From Podarcis gaigeae (lineage: Eukaryota), in assembly GCA_964106915.2 (NCBI GenBank), contig OZ066929.1: DNA of 64,000 nt, one strand, 5' to 3'. Shown one piece after another: positions 54,888 through 64,000 of this stretch (positions are counted from its first letter, which is position 1; every line of letters starts with the position of its first letter). The notes under the pieces were generated by a model that worked only from the letters and a program-made list of their open reading frames with translations, was not told the DNA's origin and did no database searches. The position numbers were made by a program, and so were the translations under genes.

Positions 54888-55840
54888 CTGGGCAGCGGCG
54901 GGTGGAGAATGCAGGCAAATGTTAACATTTAGTGCTAAGGATGCTGGGAAGCTCTTGGCTTCCAAAGGAGAGGATGGCTCACATGCCCCCTACCCATCTC
55001 CCCCTGCCTGGAGCGGCAGGTGTTAAAATGAGTCCATACAAATGTTCTGTGCCAAGACCCATTTTCAGTGAACAAACAAACAAAAGGTATTCAGTTCCCC
55101 AGTAAGCAGGTTCCTTCCCCGCCCCGCCCCCCAAAAAAGTTAACAGTACGACAAGCTGATCAATGAAGTATTGTATTGACTTACTCAAACACACACCCCA
55201 CCTTAGATTACAGGGTAGATTACAACATCAGAAAACATAATAACAGGCAATCAGTAAAAAACAAAAACCACTAAAACATCTAAAATCTGTATCAACAATC
55301 TCCACCACAATAGGCAATGAACTGGCACATTGAGCAATGCCTAGATTTCAAAAGAAAATTTATATACATATTTACATATTAAATTACACATATGTTATTG
55401 TGCTGTCACTATACAGAGCAAGAGTATAGCCTAAAAGAAACAAAAACGAGATATAGTACCTGGATCCATGGGAGGTCCATTTGATAAAGGACACAAACGT
55501 CAGTTTTGCAAGTTTATGTCAAACATTTCCCCTCTACAGCATCCCACTTCTGTAGTGACCCGTCAGCTACAACCCACCCCAACCCCTGCCAAAGCAGGAC
55601 AGGGCTGGATTCCCCAAGAAGAGAACGTCAGCCAGAAACCATCACTGCCACCACGCCCTGCCCCACAGCACACCCCCTTCTTGAATCCCCAAAGCATCCC
55701 CTGACATGCTCTCCAAGTTCAGTTTCAGTAGAGGTCAAGCCCTGCAAATCGGAAGGAAAAGTTTGGCTCTGAGCACGTGCAGAGGGCTATGCAAGCAACT
55801 TCCACACCAGCCTGAGTTCTGGCTTATCTCATTTTGGAGG

Positions 55841-55841
55841 G

Positions 55842-55898
<57 letters not shown>
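55841..55898. repeat. (GA)n microsatellite, imperfect at its 5' end
   Basis: Direct reading. Confidence 0.95.
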
Positions 55899-55902
<4 letters not shown>

Positions 55903-56723
55903 TTAAGCACAGCTGCCCAGCTAAACTGCTTCCAGTGTCCTCCCCTAATATTTCCTTTGGTGCCCACAGGCTGCTGTGGAAGAACTGCAACTGTTTTTGA
56001 GAGAAAGAGAGACACGGAGAGGGGGCTTTTCTCAGGGGCCCAACATAGGCCTGCTTAAAAGCCAAAGCAACCTGAACGGGTGGTAGTGGAAACAACTTTC
56101 AGATGCAGACTAAGAAATAGCACAATATCACGGAAGGTGCTGGAGGGTGAGGGGCGGCTCCTAGTTGCTGTAGCAAAGCTGATTTTTCCAACCAGCTCCA
56201 TCTCCCAACAGAGCTACCCCATAATGTATGACATTGGGGGGGGGGGGCAGGATTGGAATGATGTGCTACACGCAGGGCTGGGCATCATCTGAGATTTCCT
56301 GGAGGCGCAGAAAAGCTGCAGGGCACAGAAATCCAATTCGGCTCCTGTTGCTTTAGAAAAGCAGCTCCCTAGCCCTTCAAGACTGTAGGCATTTTGTGAG
56401 AGAGCATCTGGTTGCTGAAACCTCAGAAGCTGAATGAGATTGCCCGGGGGGGGTGTGTGTGTGCAGAATCAAGCACATTCACAGATCAACGTCCTCCTTC
56501 CTGCAAAAAAACCACATTCCACTTTTTGTTGCTGCTTTTCAAAATGCTCTGACGTTTCCCTGTGAGTTTGACCGGTCTGCATCAATGCTAACAGGCAGCG
56601 AGAGCATGCGTCAGTCCAATTGGTGGATGGGGACCACCCCTGGGGGTTCCCCCACACCAATGGGAGAAGCTGCCTCAGCAGAAGGAAAAAAGATACCTTT
56701 CAGCAGGTGACTTCACGACATAC

Positions 56724-56792
56724 CTTCGGCTGTCTGGTTGTACCCAAACCCTGAGGTTTCATTCCCTGGCATGGTGGGGGTGGGAAAGTCCT
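56724..56792 (-). CDS. MCAM: MCAM stalk exon, copy 2
   Basis: ctccag|(E)DFPTPTMPGNETSGFGYNQTAE|gtatgt; 69 nt, phase 1-1; a second donor at 56697 gives 96 nt containing TGA. Confidence 0.65.
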
Positions 56793-57754
56793 CTGGAGAG
56801 CAGCGTATGGGGAAGGGAGGAAGTGTTAATGTCCAGCGCAAAGGATTGTGGGACTCCTGTCATTTGCCGGATCATGTTGGGCTTCTCACCCGCAGGACAA
56901 TTTATTGTCCTACCCCCTACGGCAGGCTTGAAAGAGTCTATAGGCAATAGCACACAAACGTTCCTAGCCAAGGCTCTGCTTTTAGTATGAACCTCTCGCA
57001 GGATGTTGGAATGGAGGGTTAATAAACCCAAGAGGCTGGTGGCAGCATCTCAATTACGCCAGCGACGTTTTACCAATACAGCAATTAAATGCCATTCTAA
57101 TTGAAAAACAATTCCTCAGCTCAGTTGAAAAATCAATTAAATAGCACCAAAGTTAATGAAGCTTTCAGTCTAGGAATTGTGGGTTTTTAGCAAACCAGCA
57201 ATTCATAAGCGCTAGAGCCAAATACTAAAGGCCAAAAATGCATTTAAACTGTTATGAAGTACGGTAGTCGGACAGACATAAACGACAACAGTTTTGCTGG
57301 TAATGCCAAACATACCTCATCTATGGCAATCCATTCCCAGAGTGGTAAGCCAGACACAACAGCCACACACCTTGCTTCCTGCTTTTAAATGAAATGTGTG
57401 GAGCGCATGGGAACTGGCTGGGCTCTCCAAGCCCCAAGGACAAAAACAGCAAGCAGAATGCATATGTACATACACCGCCCCCCAGTCTCAATATATAGTC
57501 ACCTTTCTCATATCCAGAAAATGGCTCTCAATATTTTCCTGGCTTCCTCCCAAAGCTTAGCTTTACCCGGGGCTGAGCCCTGCAGGTTGAAATAAAGATA
57601 GGCCTCTGAGCGTGGGCAGAGCATCATGAATTGCCACACAGGCCTTAATTCTGGCATTTTGTAAAGAAAATTACCCTGCCATCATTGCATTGCTGCCTGT
57701 TTCTGCTTGCCCACAGAGACCAATTCAGAAGAAGAACTGCTGCTGCCTTTGGGA

Positions 57755-57757
<3 letters not shown>

Positions 57758-57805
<48 letters not shown>
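57758..57805. repeat. (GA)n microsatellite
   Basis: Direct reading. Confidence 0.95.
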
Positions 57806-57809
<4 letters not shown>

Positions 57810-58481
57810 CCTTTCTAAACAGGACTAGCAAGGACCTTCTCAAAGGGAACCCAAGCAGCAAGAGCTTTCAGGGGCATCAGGGAAACAGTGCAGTATCAGA
57901 GAAGATGCTGGAGAGAGGATGGGGAGAGGCTCCTGCACTTTGTCAAAACGTGTTCTCTCTCTCCCTGGCCTACAGAAAGGCTACCCCACAAAACAATTCA
58001 CTGGATATGCTATCAGGATGAGGTGTTGCCTTCAATATCCTAGAAGCACAGAAAAGCAACAGAACATGGAAATCCAATCCAGCTCCTGTTTCTACTGAAA
58101 AGCAGGTTCTTAGCCCTCAAGACTGTGGGCATTCTGTTTCAGCAACTGACCAAGGCCTGCTGGAACCTCAGGAGCTGAATGGGATGGCCAGGAATGCAGC
58201 CTCAAAAGGAATTATCATGCACATTCACAGGGCATTTTCTTCTCCCTGCAAAAAAACCAAATCCCACTTTTTGTTGCTCACATTTCAAAGAGCTCACATA
58301 GCTCTGACCTTTGCTTTTGGGTTTGGCCAGTCTGCATCAATGCTAACAGGCAGCAAGAGCATGCGTCTGTCCAATTGGTGGATGGGGACCGCCCCTGGGG
58401 GTTCCCCCACACCAATGGGAGAAGCTGCTTCAGCAGCAGAAGGAAAAAAGATACCTTTCAGCAGGTGACTTCCCGACATAC

Positions 58482-58550
58482 CTTCGGCTGTCTGGTTGTA
58501 CCCAAACCCTGAGGTTTCATTCCCTGGCATGGTGGGGGTGAGAAAGTCCT
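58482..58550 (-). CDS. MCAM: MCAM stalk exon, copy 3
   Basis: ctccag|(E)DFLTPTMPGNETSGFGYNQTAE|gtatgt; 69 nt, phase 1-1; a second donor at 58455 gives an open 96-nt exon. Confidence 0.65.
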
Positions 58551-60150
58551 CTGGAGAGCAGCGTAAGGGGAAGGGAGGAAGTGTTAATGTCCAGCACAAA
58601 GGATTGTGGGACTCCTGTCACTTGGCGATCACTGATGGGCTTCTCACCAGGAGGATAATGGATTGCCTGCCTGCTATGGCAGGCATGAAAAAGTCTATGT
58701 GCAGAGGTATATAAATCTTCCTAGCCAAGGCTCTGCTTTCGGTATGAACCTAAACACAGGCATTGGAATGGAAGGTTAATAAACCCAAGAGGCTGGTGGC
58801 AGCATCTCAATTAAGATGTTTTAATATGGCAATTAAAAGCCATTCCTCAGCATATTTGGAAAAATCAATTAAACAGCACCGAAACTTGGTTAATGAAGTT
58901 TTCAGTCTAGGAATTGTGAGATTTTAGCAGATGAACAACTCGTAAGCACTTGAGACCAACACTTAAGGCTAAAATGCATTTAAAATGATACAAAATACAG
59001 GAATCCAACAGACAAGAACAGCAAGTCTTTCAGGGCCATGCCAAACATACCTCATCTACTGCAGTGGTAAGCCAGATACAACAGCCACACACCTTGCCTC
59101 CTGCTTTTAAACAAAAGAGCAGGCTGGGCTCTCCAAGTCTGAAGACGAGAACAGCAAACAGGACACACACAAACACCCACACCCACCCCTCCCACTTGCA
59201 ATATATAATAGCCTTTCTTGTATCCAGAAAACAGCTCTCAATATTTCCCAGGCTTCCTCCCAAAGCTTGAACCAGGGCTCAGCCCTGCAGGCTCAAATAA
59301 AGACGGGCCTCTGAGCATGGGCAGAGCGCCATGAAGGCAATTTCCACACAGGCCTTAATTCTGGTATGTTTGAGGTGTGTGTTTTGTAAAGAAAATTACG
59401 CCACCATGACAGAATTGCTGACCGGTTTCTGCTTGCCCACAGAGACCACTTCAGAAGAACTGCTGGGAGGAAGACAGAGAAAGAGAAGGCCTTTCTGAAC
59501 AGGACTAGCAAGGACCACCTCAAAGCGAAAAGGCACCCAAGCAGCTGCTGGAGGGATTGGGTAGCAAGAGCTTTCAGAGACATCGCAGAAAAGGTGTCAT
59601 AGAAGATGCTGGAGGGAGGATGGGGAGAGGCTCCCGGACTATGTCACAAAGTGCTCTCTCCCTCCCTGCCTTCAGAAATAGTTAACCCCCCAAAAAAATT
59701 CACTGGATATGGGGGGCACTAAACATGCTGCTATCAGGACTAAGTGTCACCTGCTATTTCCTGGAAGCACAGAAAAGCCAGAGAACATGGAATTCAAATT
59801 CAAGTCCTGTTTCCTCTCCTCTCCTTTTGTTTTTTTTAAAGCAGGTGCCTAGGCCTGTTGCCCGTGATGCAAGAGAATGTGTGGCAAACACCTACTGAAA
59901 TTTCAGGAAATGAATCAGATTGCCAGAGGGGCAGGGGAGGGAGGTAGAACTATGCACATTTCTAGCTTTTCTTTATCCTGGCACAAAATGGTGCTTGCTT
60001 TTTAAAGCACATACCTGTGCATGATCTGAACTCAGAAGACCAGCCTAACAGGCAACAGCATGCATTGATCCGATTGGTTGGAGAGGATTCTCAGAGTGCC
60101 ACTCTGCAACCAATGGGAGAGGCTGCCCTAGCTGAATTATAAACAGATAC

Positions 60151-60264
60151 CTTTTTGTGTGTCATTCCCTTGCTGCATTGCTGCAGGAGTTTGGGGAGTG
60201 GGTGTCGGGTTGTACCCAAACTCTGAAGTTTCATTTTCTGGCAAGGTGGGGGTAGAAAAACCAT
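60151..60264 (-). CDS. MCAM: MCAM stalk exon, copy 4 (TM-distal)
   Basis: ctccag|GFSTPTLPENETSEFGYNPTPTPQTPAAMQQGNDTQK|gtatct; 114 nt, phase 1-1, open frame. Confidence 0.68.
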
Positions 60265-60847
60265 CTGGAGAGCAGCAGGCAGAGAATGTAGGTAATGTTA
60301 ACAATTTAGCACAAAGGGATTGTCAGAAGCTCTTGGCTTCCAAAGGAGACAATGGCTTAAATGACCCATTGGAGGCTCACTCATTAAATTAGGTCTGCAG
60401 AATTTCGACGATTCATCAATTTAGAATAAATTTCGCGTAACTAAAAAGGTGCCGCCCTCAATAACGCAGTCAGAAGCTTCCCCCAGTTAATCTTATTGAT
60501 TGAAACTGTGCATGAAGAAGTTCTGGATTTTAAAAGGGGGGGGAATGGAAACTATATATATAAATTAGGCATATTTTCTTGCTCTTCAACTATAGACAAC
60601 GACGGTATGTACTAAAATGACAAAAAGTAAGTTATAGTACCTGTTTACATGGTGGTTCTATTTAATAAAAAGACAAACATTCACAATCTACAGCATCCCT
60701 TTCCCAAAGTGGTTAACCAGATTCACCTCCCGCTGCCACACACCTCTCAAAGCCCCAAGAAACAGAACGGCAGGCAGGAAGACCAAACCCCCTCCCCAAA
60801 TTCTCTTCTCTCCAAGATTACGAGAGGATACAAATTTTAAGACTTAC

Positions 60848-60850
60848 TTG
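60848..60850 (-). CDS. MCAM: Candidate 3-nt MCAM microexon (CAA)
   Basis: tttttcttttcttttcttaag|CAA|gtaagt: long polypyrimidine tract, AG, 3 nt, consensus donor. Confidence 0.35.
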
Positions 60851-62369
60851 CTTAAGAAAAGAAAAGAAAAAGTAGACCCCTTTAAAAGATTTTGCTAGAG
60901 ATAAAGACAATGGATGAGTGTTATGACAGACTGCTACTATTTGCAATTTCCAGAAATGATGGAAAATTTTTTCGTTTCGATACGTTTTTCCAACTGGATG
61001 GGTGGTTATTTTCATTATTCTAAAACTGATCTTTACTGGGATTTTGTGTTTTTTAAAAAAACCTATTTTAGTTGTTTTTATGACTGCAAATCATTTTGGG
61101 CAACGTGAAAGGCAGTTCATAAATTAATAAAACAATAATAATTGAGTTCAGGGCCATAAGGTGCCAAGGTTGGCATCTGGTACAGCATCCCTCAGGCCTT
61201 CAGGGGGTGGTGACCAAATATTATCACCCCTCTCCTGACATGCAGCATAACCTTCTGCGAGGGCAAAGGGAGCCGAGCAGATAGGCACTCCTCTTCCTCT
61301 CCTCTCACATTTGATGTATTTTACTTACTCAAAACGGATCCCACCTTTCTTCTAGGATAGAACGAATGAGATGGTGGCAGTGCTACATGGGGTTCTCAAG
61401 CAAATTGCCCAACCAGGCTCATCTTTGGTGGGTTTCAGAAAGTCACCTCTCTTGGTGCAGAAGCTTGGGGCCCCGATGGTGGAATTCAAACGTCAGTGCC
61501 CTTCCTGATAGGCGGTGAGGGCATAAGCCCCCGCCGCCTATAAGGAGTCGGATCCTAGCCTGCACCCTGTATTGGCAAATGGGAATGCAGGCTGGGATGT
61601 GGGTTGTGCCAGGGGCAGAGTCAATGGAGCTGACGGTGGGCTTCCCTCAGATCCGCCCCCTGCCCATTTAAGCAGCCCACACTTGGGACACAGCCTGTTT
61701 ATTCCTGCGCCGGGTTTCCCCATCCCACTCACCCACGGTTTACGCTGATAGGCAATGAGTTTGCTGTGGCTATGGTGATCGCCGTTCTTTACGGGCTGGG
61801 TAGGAATTTGCCCACCGGGATAATTGGCTCTTACCGGTGGTTTTGCCTACCTCATAGCAATTTGTTACAACTGGTTGGGCATTGGGACAATCCCTTGTTT
61901 TGGACAGAGGGGAGGTTGTAGTCCCTGCGGGGGATTCGGGGGGAGTGACCATGTCTACATGCCCAGAGGGGCCAGGGCCAAAGGCACTCCCCCACAGCAG
62001 TCCCTGCGGGGGTCACACTATTGGATGTAAGTTTTGGAACCCCTGCCTGGACTGACCACGCATCACTCCCACCAGGTGGGTCAGAAGAAGTATTTAGATT
62101 GCCCCATGCCCAAACCAAATCTCTTTCATCTGTATTTACCCAAAACCCCAGTCTCATTGGTCTCTTATTTATATGGGTTGGGGTATGGGAAGTCAGATGC
62201 CTGGTCCTGCAAGTAGCCCTCCTTGTTCACCTTCAGGACACTCACACCCTCCCCAGCTTCCTCCTTCCTGCAAAGCCTACGTCATCTTCTGTGGGTTCGC
62301 TCCCAGAACATTTGACAGCACATTCATATCCCTTTGACAGTCATAAATGCTCGGTAAGGAGGGGCTTAC

Positions 62370-62402
62370 CAGTCTTGGCATTGGGAGTTCCTCCTTCTTG
62401 CC
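62370..62402 (-). CDS. MCAM: Candidate 33-nt MCAM stalk microexon
   Basis: ttcctctttcttttctttcttcag|(R)QEGGTPNAKT|gtaagc; strong splice sites, phase 1-1. Confidence 0.6.
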
Positions 62403-62552
62403 CTGAAGAAAGAAAAGAAAGAGGAATAAGCACAAGCTGGAAGGGGACTGGTTTGTCACAGGTTGCCTGTCTTGCTGTGAAAGGAATTGGGGTGGGGCTG
62501 ACACAGCCACTGGCTTCATCTGAAACAGACAAAGAGAGAACTCAGCATGGTG

Positions 62553-62798
62553 TACAGTGGTACCTCGGGTTAAGTACTTAATTTGTTCCGGAGGTCCGTT
62601 CTTAACCTGAAACTGTTCTTAACCCGAAGCACCACTTTAGCTAATGGGGCTTCCTGCTGCCGCCACGCTGCCAGAGCACGATTTCTGATCTCATCCTGAA
62701 GCAAAGCTCTTAACCCGAGGTACTATTTCTGGGTTAGCGGAGTCTGTAACCTGAAGCGTATGTAACCTAAAGTGTATGTAACCTGAGGTACCACTGTA
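62553..62798. mobile_element. Tc1/mariner MITE, family A
   Basis: TA|CAGTGGTACCTCGGGTTA ... TAACCTGAGGTACCACTG|TA. Confidence 0.85.
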
Positions 62799-62937
62799 TC
62801 GGAGTTTCAGGGTATTGGTGTTGGAAGATGCAAGTCCACACCCCCTCTCAGGATTCCCCTTTACACCAGGTCATGGGAAATAACCACAGCCTCTCACTGA
62901 ACAGCAATAGTCACATAAAATGACACTCAGTGTAGAG

Positions 62938-63158
62938 CCGTGGTTCCCAACGTGGGGCACATGCCCCACAGGGGGGCAATTTGATTTTTAAGGGGGGCAA
63001 TTCGAGAATGACTTATTAACAGTTAATGGCCTTTTAGACTTTCTCCAAGTGAATAGTTCACTTTTTGAATAATAAGGGTTATATATCACCAGGGGGTGGC
63101 ACCCGGATTTTAGAGATGTTTAGGTGGGGCATGGTCAAAAAAAGGTTGGGAACTGCTG
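62938..63158. mobile_element. hAT (Charlie-like) MITE
   Basis: TIRs CCGTGGTTCCCAAC / GTTGGGAACTGCTG; degenerate 8-bp TSD gtgtagag / gtacagag. Confidence 0.65.
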
Positions 63159-63610
63159 GTACAGAGGAAATACTAAGCTAGATGGACCAGCAGTCTGGCT
63201 CAGCATAAGACAGCTCCCTATGCTCATGAAAGTGGAGTGACATTTTCAGCACAGCTTTACTTCAAACCACCTTCTGGCCTGACAGACTGATGCGCCTTGG
63301 CATACTTGCTTCTGGTGTTGGGGACAGCTGTGATGGAAGAAAAAATGTTGGAGGGTACCATTATTTCCCTAGCCCCAGCCCTTCCCAGAAGGGCAAATGT
63401 ACCCGTCACCACCAACACCTTCTGTGCTCATTCAGGCTTTCGCTTGGCTCGCTGCTTTCCCCTGCGGATATTCAATCTTTACTGTGGAATCGGAGCAAAC
63501 GCCCATTGGGTTTCCCGTGAATTGAAGTTTGCTCTGATTCAGTCCTAAAGAGTGGGACAAGCGGGAAGTGTGGATGAGCCCTCTTCTCAAGACAAAAGGG
63601 ATGGACTTAC

Positions 63611-63752
63611 TCTGTGCCAGCATGAAGTGGTGCTGAGTGGTGCCCATCCTGTTTTTGGCGGTGCAATTGACTCCCGATTCTAGAAGGGCTTCAGTGACTT
63701 GGAACAGGACTGTGCTGTTGCGCTGATGACCCTGCATGACTGAAGTAAAGAC
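63611..63752 (-). CDS. MCAM: MCAM exon encoding the C-terminal half of the membrane-proximal Ig domain
   Basis: ccacag|VFTSVMQGHQRNSTVLFQVTEALLESGVNCTAKNRMGTTQHHFMLAQ|gtaagt; 142 nt, phase 0-1; resembles human VTPELLETGVECTASNDLG. Confidence 0.88.
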
Positions 63753-64000
63753 CTGTGGAAAGAAAAGGGAGGGAGGATTAACGCTCCTAAGGAGAACTTA
63801 AAACAAAACAACCCAAAACAGGGCAGCAAGCACTGTGTCCCTCCAGATATTGCTGCTCTGCAACTCTCATCATCTCTGACCATTGCCCATGCTGGCTGGG
63901 GCTGAAGGGAGTTGAACGGCCAAGTCAGGGATGAGAGGAGTCGCAAATCAACAATATTTGGAAGGACACAAGTTTCCCATCCCTGCAGACTAAAGCATAT

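Larger units (their letters stand above)
53790..60720. repeat. Four-copy tandem segmental duplication (~1.7-1.9 kb unit), each unit containing one stalk exon
   Basis: Shared anchors: tacccaaac at 54836/56741/58499/60213; ctaacaggc near 54683/56588/58344/60045; gaagaactgc near 53983/55979/57731/59454; gctctcaatatt near 53794/57524/59234. Confidence 0.9.

Noticed and set aside
55707-55742. Minus-strand exon-like segment reading GLTSTETELGEH
   Set aside because: Open only in phase 0, whereas the stalk region is phase 1 (TGA in that frame); weak donor.
55456-60660. 17-nt mini-exon candidates (~55460, ~60641) and 5/8-nt candidates (~57316, ~59051)
   Set aside because: Lengths not divisible by 3, weak or missing acceptors, and they introduce stops or frameshifts.
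53790-60720. Regularly spaced repeats read as a CRISPR-like array or satellite
   Set aside because: Eukaryotic intron-exon units of ~1.8 kb with diverged but homologous spacers; a segmental tandem duplication.
62021-62581. 186-aa + strand ORF
   Set aside because: Antisense to an MCAM intron, non-ATG start, no recognisable domain, ends inside a MITE.

Overview
Vertebrate genomic DNA, very probably from a squamate (lacertid-like) lizard, judging by Sauria-type SINEs and TA-flanked CAGTGGTACC MITEs. The + strand carries a complete 16-exon CBL (c-Cbl E3 ubiquitin ligase) gene: CDS 2573..45040, 2715 nt spliced, 904 aa, all introns GT-AG. It starts at a CpG-island promoter and has a long 3' UTR. 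Tail-to-tail on the - strand is the 3' part of MCAM (CD146/gicerin): end of the last Ig domain, stalk, TM and cytoplasmic exons; the 5' part lies beyond the window. The most unusual feature is the MCAM stalk region (about 53.8-63.6 kb). The membrane-proximal stalk exon is present as four tandem paralogues in ~1.7-1.9 kb units. All are symmetric phase-1 exons with intact splice sites and N-glycosylation sequons. Two have dual donors, one of which leads to an in-frame TGA. A hairpin follows each donor, and there are extra 33-nt and 3-nt microexon candidates. This looks like a CD44/CD45-style variable-stalk cassette. Exon calls come from manual translation and splice-site reading; comparisons to human/mouse genes are from memory, not from a search.
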